Positions 11,263 through 22,968 of a stretch of 64,000 nucleotides of DNA are shown here, one piece after another. Both the position numbers and the translations under genes were made by a program. The first letter of the stretch is position 1; every line of letters begins with the position of its first letter. Origin of the DNA: Cirrosporium novae-zelandiae (lineage: Eukaryota); contig JAPETS010000024.1 of assembly GCA_026023565.1 (NCBI GenBank), forward strand, positions 434,001 to 498,000, in the 5' to 3' direction. The notes below the pieces were generated by a model. That model was not told the origin of the DNA, searched no databases, and saw nothing but the letters and a program-made list of their open reading frames with translations.

Positions 11263-11758
11263 GATGGAAAATAAAAGAATATAGATATATACAACATAAC
11301 CTGGGGGGAAACACACTCCTGGGGAGAGAGAAAAAAGAAGAAAAGGGAAGAAAAAGAGAAAAAAAAGGATGTTGATGTTGTTGCTTGTATGTTTCCTTTT
11401 CTCCATTTCCATTTAAATCTACCCATTCATACATCCATCTCCTACTGTAATATTCCCTTCCTGTTTTTCTATACCGTTATGAAGAAGAAGAACCCATGAC
11501 ATCCATCCATTCCTTTACAAACCACAAACCACAAAGCAAGTAAGAAGCCCCCCCCGCACCCCCAACCTCCTACCACATCACACCACCATCCGCACAATTA
11601 ATCAATCAACCAATCATTCACCCCTCAGAATCCGAATCCGAATCCGAATCCCATGAAACAGGAGGCCGAGGACTCCTCATCCTAATAATTCTCCGCCAAC
11701 CTAACCCGATAAAAGAAAGTTAGTCAAGTTAGCCAGCCAAGCAATTAAGAGTTAAGAG

Positions 11759-13488
11759 TTAGCTCTCTGGAGCAGGTGTGGATTTTTCTTTTTCTTTTTC
11801 TTCTCCTTCTGAGCTTTCTTCTGAGGTGGTATTGTGGATGTTGATGTTATCGTCATTGTCATTGTCATTGTCATTGTCGTCAGAGGCGGTAGTGGAAGTG
11901 GAAGTGGAAGTGGGAGCGGAAGGCTCACCACTCTCTTGTTTCTCCCCTCCTGCTCCCTCGTCTTTTGCTGTCGTAGTAGCAATAACTTCCGGCGCGTCCG
12001 CCGTCTCGGCTGGCGTTTCTTCTCTCTGTTCTTCCGTGTCTGGTGGTTCGGTTTCCGGGTTTGGTTCTTTTTCTCTTTCTTCTCCTCCTTCTTCCTTTTC
12101 AGGTATTATTTCCCCTTCTCCTGGTTCCTCGCTCGTCAAAGACTCCGGCTCGTGAGTCACCGTTGGTTCTCTTTCCTGCTCATCGTCCGAGGACATTCCC
12201 ACCTCCAACACCGTAATGTCATCTCTATCATCATTGTCAACCTCATTCGCTTCATCAATAGTAGTAACAGCCAATCCCGTCGAAGGAGTAGTTTTATGTT
12301 TCCTGGTGGTTGCCCCCGTCGACACCGTAGTCTCCACCCCCCCTACCGCAAGCTCGGCCGGCTTCTCAATAATCGTCTCTCGTCCCGTAAGGACATTGTC
12401 TGGGGGACTATCTCTTTTCTTCGACAAAATCGTAACACTTCTTCCATGGCCCTTCGCAGGCGTCTGTGCCTCCTTCTCCGTTACCGTCTTTGCAATGGGC
12501 GTCTCGCCTTCTACGTCGCCGCCGTCAGAGCCGACTTCCGCTTCTGATGGTATAGTGTAATTATCCTCGGGGATAAGGCCGTAGACATCACATACAGTCT
12601 TGAAGAGGATGTAGAGTCCATCGTGACCTTCGACTTGCCAGAAGACAGAACGGTGCTGGAACCATGCATGTGCAAATATGCGGTAGACACGACGAAAGAT
12701 ATTCGTTAGATGGCGGATAGATTGTTGGATGCCGGGCGTGTTCTGTGACATCCCTGATGGAGGGGAAGTGGAGGCGCCCAGATTTAGTGACATTCGACTT
12801 GGGAATTGTGATGGGCTTGTTAGGAGGTTAGAGGCCCAGTCGAGGGTGTGGCAGCAGTAATCTATGGCGCAGCATGCCTTTGGAGGATCATGGACAGCAC
12901 ACAGGTACTGCCATTCCGAAGCGCGCATTTCGGAACACGTTTGAGCGGAGCAGGGAGGCGAGAGGGCAAAAAAGGCAACAATGAGGGCGTTGGCTTTGAG
13001 GGTTAGGAAGCGACATAGCTCGTAGAGCCAGAGGGGTGGGGAGATTGATGCGGGAGCTTGAGCGAGCCGGAGAGCTTTATCACGGGTGAGGGGGATGGTG
13101 GTTTTGGAGGGGGGTGGGGAAGTATAATATGAGTATAGGGCGGCAAGGTGTTCTTGGAGTTGGAAAGGAGAATCAAGCTGGCCCTCGTTTATTAGCTGCC
13201 ATCATCATAATCTCAACAACAGTGGCTCAAAATCAAATATACCTGATTTAGTGGTACAAGTGGTGGTCCCGATGTCATATCCGCTGCCTTTGTGCCAGGT
13301 CGTGTCCTCCTAGCTGAACTTGTTTCTGCCTCGGTAGCATTTTGTTCATTTTGTGTATTCGAGAATCCATCCCCAACTGTAGGAGATTTAGGACCTATCT
13401 GATCTTCTGTAAATGGAGGAGGGCTGGGAAGTCGGGGGGAGCTGGAAGGCGAGGCAGCGCCAGCGCTTGTGGATGATGCAGTCGCCAT
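11759..13488 (-). CDS. mob3: MOB family protein, phocein/Mob3(Mob4) type (STRIPAK subunit); exons 13488-13243 and 13177-11759
   Basis: The spliced product reads LDSPFQLQEHL...WLYELCRFLT...CSEMRASEWQYLCAVHDPPKACCAIDYCCHTLDW...RRVYRIFAHAWFQH, the phocein signature, followed by an acidic disordered tail. Confidence 0.9.
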
Positions 13489-14517
13489 AATGGCGAGCGA
13501 TTGGGTTGTAAATGTAATGGCCTGGTATTTAGAAAGAGAGTGAGAAGTGATTGGAAGAATAATACTTGGTCAATGGGGGTCGAAGGACGGATTGATAATT
13601 AATTATTAGACGTTTGTTGGCCTTGGTGGTTTTGCGCCTGTCAAAAGGATCCTGGTACGCCTGGGGCGAGCAAGTGGTCCGTGAGACAGTACCAAAATAC
13701 CACAATACCACATTACCACATTACATACTGGTACACAGTACTAAGCTCAAGGTTACCGGGAATCGGCCTGTTCAAAGTAAATTACATCCTCATCTCTATT
13801 CTTTTGAATACATTTATCCATCGACTGTTGATTTGACTTCCTAATTATCCGACATGGAAGGAGGAAAGGAATTACGCTAAATATGAAAGTCATTCCATTC
13901 CCCCCTGAGCTGATAAAGAATGAAGAGGTGTGTATGCTAACACCTCACGCTTTATTAGACCCAGACCCCAGAAGAAAAGAATGGACAATAAAGCTCGTTT
14001 CTGTTTCCATTCATCCATTTGTCCTTGCTTCCTGGGTATTTTCCTCCACTCCTTCTGCGCTCTTCAGGCCCTGGCAGGTAGTATCACATGAAATTTGGTC
14101 CCATAAAACCCAGGATAACAAAAGAAGCCCAAGAGAAATTTCATTCCATCACTATATCCCGTTCGTCCTCCACGCCCGCATGCCCAACATGCTAAATGGA
14201 AAGAAAAGAAAAATTAAGAAAAACTCAAAGGGAAGGAGACTCCGTTCACTTTACCCCAGGGTAACACGTTTCCTCATCATGTCTGTTCGTTAAATTTGGA
14301 AAAAGAAACAAGAAACATATCTCTGCCACTAGGACCTTTTGCATTTCCTTTTACTATCAAACAACACACTTCAAGCTACAAGCTGTGGGATAGCTTCCAG
14401 AGCTGGCTGGTTGTGGTAAAGTAGGAAGATTGCGAATGTATAGAAAGACAAACCGTCTCATTAGCAAGCGTTATTGAGGGAAAATTATCTGTATGGTGAA
14501 AAGTAGTCTGCCTTCCT

Positions 14518-17022
14518 TCATGGCAGTTGCACCGTGCTAGCTGATGCTTCGCCTACGCCTTGGCCACGGCAGAGAGGACAAGAATTGCGACCGGTTGTTA
14601 ACCACTAAGAAGAACAGGTTAGTATATAATAGCCAAGCGTAGGGGTAGAATATCTTACCTCGTCAATACATTCACGATGATAGGTATGGTCGCATTTTGC
14701 TAAACGTCTAATCTCTTCGCAAGGTTCATAGGAGGAAAGACAAACCAGACAGCGATCATCAACTCCGATAGTGATGGGTTCTGCCCCATTTATAGACTCT
14801 GCAATCAAACGGCCATTGGAATCCATCAGTCGATAGAGTCCTCCAGCAGAATCGAGCTCCGACTGGCTAGCGACTGGTGGCTTGACGGGGCCAATTAGGG
14901 ATGAGAGTAGGAGCATATCTTCGTAGGTGGGATTGTCCGTGAAGAGGCTTGGTGTAGCAAAAGCAGGATGATCCTCTGACAGATTTGTTCCGACAACATA
15001 TATCAACCAGCTACGATGGGTGGGACCCGGCGTATCATCTGGGGCAACAACTCCATTTCGTCTTGTAGCACCAGATCCAAGATCACGATGACGGGCATAT
15101 TCCGAATCGCTTCTACGGCGTTGTCGTGCTGCTTGGAAATATGCCGGGGTGTCTGTGTCCGTGTCAAGATCCTCTGATTGGTTCGAGCTTTCACGAAGAC
15201 TTGGAAGAGGGAAAGGAGAGGCGGCGGAAGCAGACGACGGTCTTCGGTTGGGTGTAACAGAGCCAGATGTTGGAGCCGAACGAAGAAGTTCCGATGGAGT
15301 CGATGGAGGTGGACGAGGGCCTGGTGGAGTGCTAGAAAATAGACTAGCATCAGCGTCACTTCTGGGGGTGGGGCGGTTTCCTGTTGGTATTCTGTCGTAA
15401 AGTTGGTTGTCGAATCGGGCTTGGCGTTCAAGTCTAGCTCTGTTTTCGGTGTGTCGTAAGAAAGGGTATCTTTGGGTGGTTCTTGAGCTAGCAGGTGGGC
15501 CAATCACTAGACCTGGATTCCCTGTCCGAGTTGTATTATCTTCAGGCATCGACTGGACTCCAACAATAACCAAAGTCACCACACGTCCGTCTACCCCGTC
15601 ACTATCACCAGCGGCCTCTGCTTCTCTGGTATCATCGTTTCCGGAGTCCCTCGATTCTGTTGAAGCTGGAAGACTTGGGTGGACATATCTGAATGCTCTC
15701 ATGAAATGTATTCCACCGTTCCTGCTGGGTGGTGTGTTATCTGTAGGGGCTTCTGTTGCACCGGTATCTTCGTATCTAGCGGTTGCATCTGACAGCCGTT
15801 GAATAAAGGTCTGGAGGCTGTCATCGATGCCATCTGTACCAATTGCCTCTAATTCAGGCATACCACCTTCCGGGTGTCCTGTAAGCTGAGCGGCGATAGC
15901 GGTTGCAGCAATGGCAAGAAGCTGGGAAAGGGGGAGAGCTTCGTTGAGGCGAGACATTCGAGTTGACCTTGACCGAAATAGTGAAGGGAACCTTCGAATA
16001 CCATGTGCAGTGAATGAGCTTCTGCCAGGACTGTTTAAAGATCTGAGGTCAACTAGCGCTGGTCCGGAATCCGAAGGGCTAGGCGAGTCAAAAATCCCTG
16101 ATGATGCAAGTCCGTGCTGTCTCTCTATACGCTCCAAGTCGTCTTCTGTTGCACCCTCACCAAGACGCGCTACATTAGCCTCGGTAAGTGCCGACGTGGC
16201 CGAAGGACGTTGAGGCGTACGTATGGAGGTATTGCGAGCAAAATCTAGGACTGATTGCGAGAGGCCAGATATTGAATGTCTCACTCTTGACCTTATTCGG
16301 CGTTGGCGTGTAGGTTCATTCGCGGATTCTTCAGCTTCCTCTCCACTTATAGTAACCTCACCAGTATTTGGCTCGGGGGAGCGAGAATGAAGTCTACGGT
16401 GGACTTGGGAAGATATAGGCCCACTGATAGATGATGTAAAATTACGAGAGAGTAATGAGCCTCTGCGAGTCGGAGTTGAGGTTGGATTGTAGGAGGAGTA
16501 ACGGTTTGGTAAGTTCGGGTTATGTGAAGGTAAAAATCGATCTGAAGATGACATCGAGGATGATGATGGTCTACCACCTCGAAGAGCTTCTCCTTCAGCC
16601 GCAGTCTCCTCACCACTACTCAAAAGACCTCTTGCCACCGTTTCTGGCAATAACCTGGTTCCAAGCCTAGACATGTATGAAGATCTTCTTAGCGGAGGTT
16701 CAGTTGTGATGTTATCGATCGGAGTATCTTGCAAATCTAGATCTCCCATGTTGGCAAGCGGCCTTTCCTCCTGCTCACGAAGAATCCTATCTCTTGTGGT
16801 CGAGTTACCGTTTTCCGAAGTGTAAATTGGCACGCGATATGAACCGGAAGTTGAAACAGGAAATAAGCTAAAACGCCCTAAATGGCGATGGTTCTCAACC
16901 ATATTCCCTTCTGTAGCACTTCTACGGTGTCTTGTACTCGAGTTGTTGTTCCGTTGTCTGAATTGAGGAAATCTCCGGGAGTCTGTCAGTTCTCGTCGCT
17001 GGGACGAAGAACTTTGGCCCAT
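14518..17022 (-). CDS. RING-H2 finger protein (putative E3 ubiquitin ligase); exons 17022-14659 and 14604-14518
   Basis: CLVCLSSYE...CDHTYHRECIDE is completed after a GTAAGA..TAG intron by WLTTGRNSCPLCRG. N-terminus MGQSSS is a possible myristoylation site. Confidence 0.88.
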
Positions 17023-18481
17023 GGTGGAAGGCGGTGGTGACGGAAAATAGCAAACTAGCTTAAAGGTTGCCAGAGCATTAGGATGTTGAGTTGAATAGAG
17101 GATGAAGACAGTTCTATTGAAGGATATTGTATTGATTGTTGTCAGTTAGCTTTTGTGGCACTGTTATGACGGCTCTGCACTGTCAAAGTGCGTGAAAGTC
17201 GGTAGGCCTAACTATTTTAATAAGAAATAAATGTCAGCACGTTTCCCTTTGTTTTGACAAAAGTCGCGTTATAATATCATCGAATAAACCGGAATCGGAG
17301 GTTGTTGATTACACTGAGACACAGTTTGCAATGCTACCATGACTGGTGGTGTCCAAGAATAGAAATGCTTCACCTATATCGGGGTTGTAACGTACCTAAA
17401 GATCGCAAGGTAGCGAAATTCTTTGTCGATGATTCAACAATTCAATGCCGATGGATTGGCAAAGAATGCTTCGAAGGGAGGTTCCTGTAGATTAGATGAC
17501 GGGGGGGGGGGGGGTGGTGATGGAGGTGGTGGTAGTGGTGGTGAGTAGATGGTCGCAGGTGTCCAGGAGCCGAAAGGAACGAACAGTGAGGCAAGAATGA
17601 AAAGTCGGACCAAATCTACATGGTATAGGGAGAATATCAGAATGGAATAGGTCGACGGTGGATGTATAGAGAGAGGGACATGGCGGGGAAGGATAATCAG
17701 AGGTAAATGGTGGGTTTGGGGGGTTTGGAGGTTTGGCGCTCAGCCTCATAACTAGAAGAGAGATGGGATCGATGCTGCTTCTCTCCCTCTCTGTTCATTG
17801 ATTTTCTCTCCTCTATCCGCAATTGTCAGAGAACTAACCAAAGAGTGACCCGGGAACGCTTGGCCGGTCGAGAACTTCCAGGGGGTGTGTGGGGGGTGTT
17901 TAAATTAGAAGGAACATCAAAGTTACCAGGGTTACATGGGACGCATGGACAGACCCTATGGAGATCCTATATCCACACTTTATGAACATGATATGCACAC
18001 ATACACACACCACACACACCTTAATTAATTTATTTAATACTTTTTGTACAGTCAAAGACTCAAAGTATTTCATGAGAACCACCAACCTATTGTCTATATT
18101 GGTAACTGAAACTCTTTCCTCCACTTATTATTATTATTAGTATTACAACGTGTGCATTTTATTAACTGATGATAATATTGATGGAAAATATCACCAACCG
18201 TTATATTCCCTCTCATTCTTGTCTCATACGTGGCTGCAGTCGAGCATCAATTATTCCCTAGCTACAGAAAATTCCAAGAACTAAAAGAGTCGAGACTGTA
18301 CCGCCCCATTGCATTTGCATCTGCACCTTGTGCGGGTGTTGATAACTACAATCAAATCTGCCTATCATAACTCCCATCGTACTCGGAAACTTTTGAGCTA
18401 CTGTGATTGGATAAAAAAAAATAATCGTTTTCATACAAAATCTTGAAGAAGCCATTAATTAATAATTACCACCAGTACAAG

Positions 18482-19912
18482 ATGCCTTCAACACCATTTG
18501 CTTTACCCATAGTACCATGGCGACAAAAACGCCCCGCTGGTGTCCTGGACGCACCGACCCGAAAACGAAAGCGCAGAGGTTCTGATAGCAGCCAGGAATC
18601 TGAGGACCATCATGAATCTGAAAGCAATATTGGAGAACCCTCTTCCTCCGCACATCTTTCAAATTCAGCATATCTTCCAAGTTCAGCCTATCTTCCAAGC
18701 TCATTTAATAAGACCAAATCCAGGAACCTCTCCCTATCAGATCAAGAGCAATATCGTACAGCAGGGCTTCCCTTCGACCAGCCCCTCCCTAACAGCACAG
18801 GTTTCCCTCATGCTGCTTTCACCATCCCAGAAGATATTCCTGAATCTTCTCAAGAGAATAGTCTCAAATCTCTCAAACCTGCTCCTCGGCGCATATATAC
18901 TGATTACGAAGATATTGTTGTCTTAAATACAATACTCCACCGTAGCCTCCTTGATGGAGACTATAACCGGGCTACTCGTGCCCTCCGGCTTCTCTTGCGT
19001 CATTTTTATCCCAAGAGAGCTAGGAACCCCGAGGAAATCAGGAAAAATAGTAATGTTCTTGATTTTCGTGTCAACGGGACCTGGGGAATTTTCGCAGAAA
19101 TCCTTCTACGTCAAGGGGGAGCTACTCCGTCACCATCATCTCAGCCCTTAGATTCCGATTCCTATTCCCAGGAGGAACACGATGGTAAACCTCGACAAGT
19201 TTTCACGCGAGCTGGCCTCAAAAAGGCCAAAGACTTTTACGAGCGTTTAATTATCGACTATCCCTTCCGCCGCGCAACACCTAATGCGACCAGCGCTCTA
19301 GACTTTTACCCTGCCATGTTCAGTCTCTGGATATATGCAGTGAATTCCCAGCGGCAGCAGGATGCTGACTCGTCCGCCTCAGAAGCTGACTCAGATGACG
19401 ACTCGGATGAATTCTCAGACTCCCACTCCAACACATCCAACTCCTCGCGATATCGCGCTCTTCGAACCAAACGCAATCGCCTCCGCAATCTCAAACGGAC
19501 CCTCCGATCCGCTCTCGAAATCGCCGAGAGAATTGAAGAGCTCACCTATTCGCCCCCCTATTCCGACAACGCCCGCATGCTGAAGCTAAAAGGCATGATC
19601 TCGCTCTGGGTGGGTGACCTCACCGTCGACGTGTCTGTGGCACAAGCCGAGCTCGAAATGGAACGGAATGCAGATGTGAAGGTAGACGTAGACGTGGATA
19701 ACGAGTATGGTGGTGATGAAGAAAAGGCAAGACCGTCAGAGCAGGCCATGGCAACTAGGAAACAAAGAATCAAAACCGCGAGAAGAGCGTTTCGGAATAT
19801 GGAAAAGTGGGGTGGGATGATGGAGGGATGGTTGAAAGGGTTTATGGATAGTCTGGGCGATGAGGAGGATGAGGATGATATTTATGAAAATGACTGGGAT
19901 GATGAGGACTGA
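18482..19912 (+). CDS. Probable RNA polymerase I initiation (core factor) subunit, Rrn11-like
   Basis: Single ORF from ATG 18482. Motifs LNTILHRSLLDGDYNRA, WGIFAEILLR, YERLIIDYPF and LDFYPAMFSLW resemble filamentous-fungal Rrn11-family proteins (recalled similarity). Has a basic NLS-like RKRKRR. Confidence 0.55.
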   Translation: MPSTPFALPIVPWRQKRPAGVLDAPTRKRKRRGSDSSQESEDHHESESNIGEPSSSAHLSNSAYLPSSAYLPSSFNKTKSRNLSLSDQEQYRTAGLPFDQPLPNSTGFPHAAFTIPEDIPESSQENSLKSLKPAPRRIYTDYEDIVVLNTILHRSLLDGDYNRATRALRLLLRHFYPKRARNPEEIRKNSNVLDFRVNGTWGIFAEILLRQGGATPSPSSQPLDSDSYSQEEHDGKPRQVFTRAGLKKAKDFYERLIIDYPFRRATPNATSALDFYPAMFSLWIYAVNSQRQQDADSSASEADSDDDSDEFSDSHSNTSNSSRYRALRTKRNRLRNLKRTLRSALEIAERIEELTYSPPYSDNARMLKLKGMISLWVGDLTVDVSVAQAELEMERNADVKVDVDVDNEYGGDEEKARPSEQAMATRKQRIKTARRAFRNMEKWGGMMEGWLKGFMDSLGDEEDEDDIYENDWDDED

Positions 19913-20186
19913 GAGAGAGAGAAAGAGGGCCTTTCGGTTATGGAGTATAGGGGCGGCAGGATGGAGATTCTCGAGGGAAACGATGGCGATGATGAAAACG
20001 AAGAATGAAGACTCTGGGACACATGAATTAAAAAAAGAATTGTCTGTCTGTGAAATATTATAAATACCTTCCCCCGAGCTATCAATCTTCCCTCTCCCTC
20101 TTCGATATCCCCCAACCCAACTTCACAACACCCCATCCCCCCATATTTCATATACTAACCCCCTCACCTCAATCACCTGATAAAAG

Positions 20187-20304
20187 TGACGATGATTCTC
20201 CCAGCGGTAGTGCCATTACAGATGGCTTGGTCTCCATCAAGGAACACCAAACCAAGCCAATAAACCGACGTGCGAGCGAAGGTTCTCATCTTACTAAAGG
20301 TGAA
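20187..20304 (+). pseudogene. Exon-like fragment resembling the pre-finger segment of a conserved fungal C2H2 zinc-finger protein
   Basis: Encodes DDDSPSGSAITDGLVSIKEHQTKPINRRASEGSHLTKGE, preceded by ACTAAC (20154-20159) and AAG (ending 20186). No zinc finger is seen downstream. Confidence 0.45.
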
Positions 20305-21740
20305 GTTAGAAAAATACATCCTCAATATCCCTCCTCCCTACAGTACCTCATAGAGCAAAAAAAAAAACGCCCTAGACCCCTTGATGAACAACCCACAAAA
20401 ACCCCCAAATTACGCAAACCGTAAAGAAAACCCCAAAACAACCACAGTCATGCTCTATCAACATCAATCAACATCAACCCTTAACCCTCCACCTTGCTTT
20501 ACTTTACTTTTTATCCCCCCCCCCCCCAAAATCAACCTCACATCCACAATATCATACCCCAGACAAAAAACCAGAAAAACAAAAATCAACTCGAGTTAAA
20601 AATACCCATAAATAAACATTGCTAACCCTTTAGTTTTTTGTAAGGGTGTGGATTCTTGTGATGAGAAAGGGGTATTGATAGATAATACGGAGTAGAGAAA
20701 GGAAAGTATTATATTATAATTACCCTATTCTCCTTTGGATGGAAAGGGAAAAGGGGAGGCTTTGTGTCGTATTTATATTTATATATATCCAAACTCCCTA
20801 TCCCTTATACGCATACCAGAATCCAAGAATCCAGAACCAACCCTTTCTCACCCTCCAACTCATGTAAAACCCCCAATCCCTAAATTCTACACATTTCCCA
20901 CAGCTCCACAAAGCAAGTCATAAGATATATCCATTCATCCATCCATTCGTTCTTGTTTATTTATTAATCCGTTGTTTGGGCTTTTGTAGTGTTTTTTTTT
21001 TTTTTTTGAATAACTAGATAAATACCTAGCTAGGTAGGTAGGTTGTTAAATGATGTCTCAAAACCCAACCCCTCTCTTTCATATCCCTTCTCTCCAGCAA
21101 AATTGATCTCTCCCTCCCCCTGCCCTTTCCTCTCAGCTTCAGATATATCTAGCGTAATTACCTAATTAGTTAAATTGATGGGTTAGTTCATTTCACTATC
21201 ACAATCACTCTTATCCCTCTTATATATCTATCCTACCCCTTCTACCCTTCCACCCTTCCATCTTCCCTCTTAAGCTCCTAGCTTTTATATCGTATATCGT
21301 ATATCAAATCTACATAACGTCCACTACATACATACATACATACATACAATACTTGTGAATAGGTATACAATGGTATATAAAAGGTATATTTTTGAGAGGG
21401 AAGGGGGAAGAAGGGAAAAGAGGAAAGGGGATATTTCGATGTTGGAATTCTTTGTTTTTGGAGTTGGGGTAATTGTAGTAGTAGTCTAAGCCTATAACAA
21501 TAGTTATCCCGTAACCCTATCGAACCGGTCTGGGTGGGCATCTATCTAAGGGTCTGAGATATCTATCTATCTATCAATCCATCAATGAGTCTAACACCCC
21601 CCCAACCCCTCCTCTTCTACATCTACTTCTATTTCTATCTATAAAAGTATAGAAAAAACTTAAAAATTCCCCCATCCGCAGACCATGCGTGTATGTATGC
21701 ATGCATGAATGAAACCAAGTAAACAGGTTCCCCTACCCCA

Positions 21741-22968
21741 TCACAACCCCTTCACAAACGCCAACTCATACGCAAACCCCAAAGTGAGCCTCGCATGCTG
21801 CAGCATATGATCGAAGCTCAAATACTCGATGCGATCCTCGGTCGAATGGATTTTCTTATCCGAGTACTCAAAGTCGCTTTCGATGACGAAGGCAGAGGGG
21901 TACCCGTACTTGGCGGCCGAGGCGTGGTCGCTGCAGGCGTAGCCGCATTTGGTGGACGTGTAGGGGATGTCGCAGTAGTCGGTGATGACCTCCTTGATGA
22001 AGTCGGTGAGACCGGGATTCACAAAATCCGTGATGACGCCCACGCTTTCGGGTTTCCCGGCCGCGAGCGTGCCCTGGATGTATCCCGTCATGTCTTGCTG
22101 CAGCATGGCTTTGATGTCGCGGTCGGAGGAGCTGTAGGATTGGAAGATTGCTTGGCTGCCCAGGAGGCCGCCCTCCTCGGCCGAGTACCAGTGGAATTCG
22201 ACTGTGTTTTCGGCTTTTCCTTGGATGAAGTCGGAGGATTTTAGGAGCACCCGCAGCGCTTCGAGGATGGTGACTGTGCCGCTGCCGTCGTCGTCGGCGC
22301 CGGGCGCAGCGAGGATCGAGGGGAGCCAGAGGTTGATGCTATCTTGGTGCGCGCCGACTACGATGGTGCTGTTTGTTTGGCCGGGGAAGGTGGCGATGAT
22401 GCTGGGTTGGCCCCAGTAGTGGTCGAATAGTTCGACCGTCGCACCGTATTTGTCAGCGCCCGAGTCCGCGATTGTTTGATTCACTTGGCCGAAGAGCCAC
22501 ATGGCGGAATCGTGGCCGTAGCTGGATTTGTAATAGCGGGTATGGAAGCTTGTAAATTTCTCGAGGTTGGCGCGCATGTGTTTCTTCGAAAGGTGGGGTA
22601 TTAGGGGGGAGAGGGACTCGTTGAAGGTTGTTTTCTGGGGGTATTTAACGGTTCTTGATCGGGCGAGGGAGACCGCATCGATATGGGAAATGGAGTCTGT
22701 GATGTCCATAAAGTTTATGCCTTCCTATATCTAGTTGTTAGTGATATATATGCTAAGATTTGATGAAAGAAGGCGGTACTCTTCTCAATGCCCATTTCTC
22801 ATCTTCTGTGACCCATTTGGTCACTCCAGGAGATAGTTCGATATGATAAGTAGCTTCAGCATCCTCAGCTGGGATATCAAGGAGGATCGCTTGTTGTTGT
22901 CGCGGAGCTACTGATAAGGCGTAGGCGCTTGTTGCGACGCAAGCAGTGAGGCAGGTAGATAACTTCAT
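21741..22968 (-). CDS. LAP1: Secreted leucine aminopeptidase 1 (peptidase M28); exons 22968-22780 and 22724-21741
   Basis: Signal peptide [17 protein letters not shown]. Zn-binding motifs [38 protein letters not shown] and IHSTED. Confidence 0.93.

Noticed and set aside
10944..11434. Poly-S, poly-L, poly-E and poly-F ORFs
   Set aside because: All are translations of the (GAA)n microsatellite.
11778..12560. Long antisense ORFs opposite mob3 (similar ones occur opposite LAP1, PIM1 and the RING gene)
   Set aside because: Shadow ORFs caused by codon bias and low-complexity sequence of the real genes.
18647..18700. Three 18-bp tandem units in the Rrn11-like gene (SAHLSN/SAYLPS/SAYLPS)
   Set aside because: Real but ordinary in-frame slippage in a disordered region.
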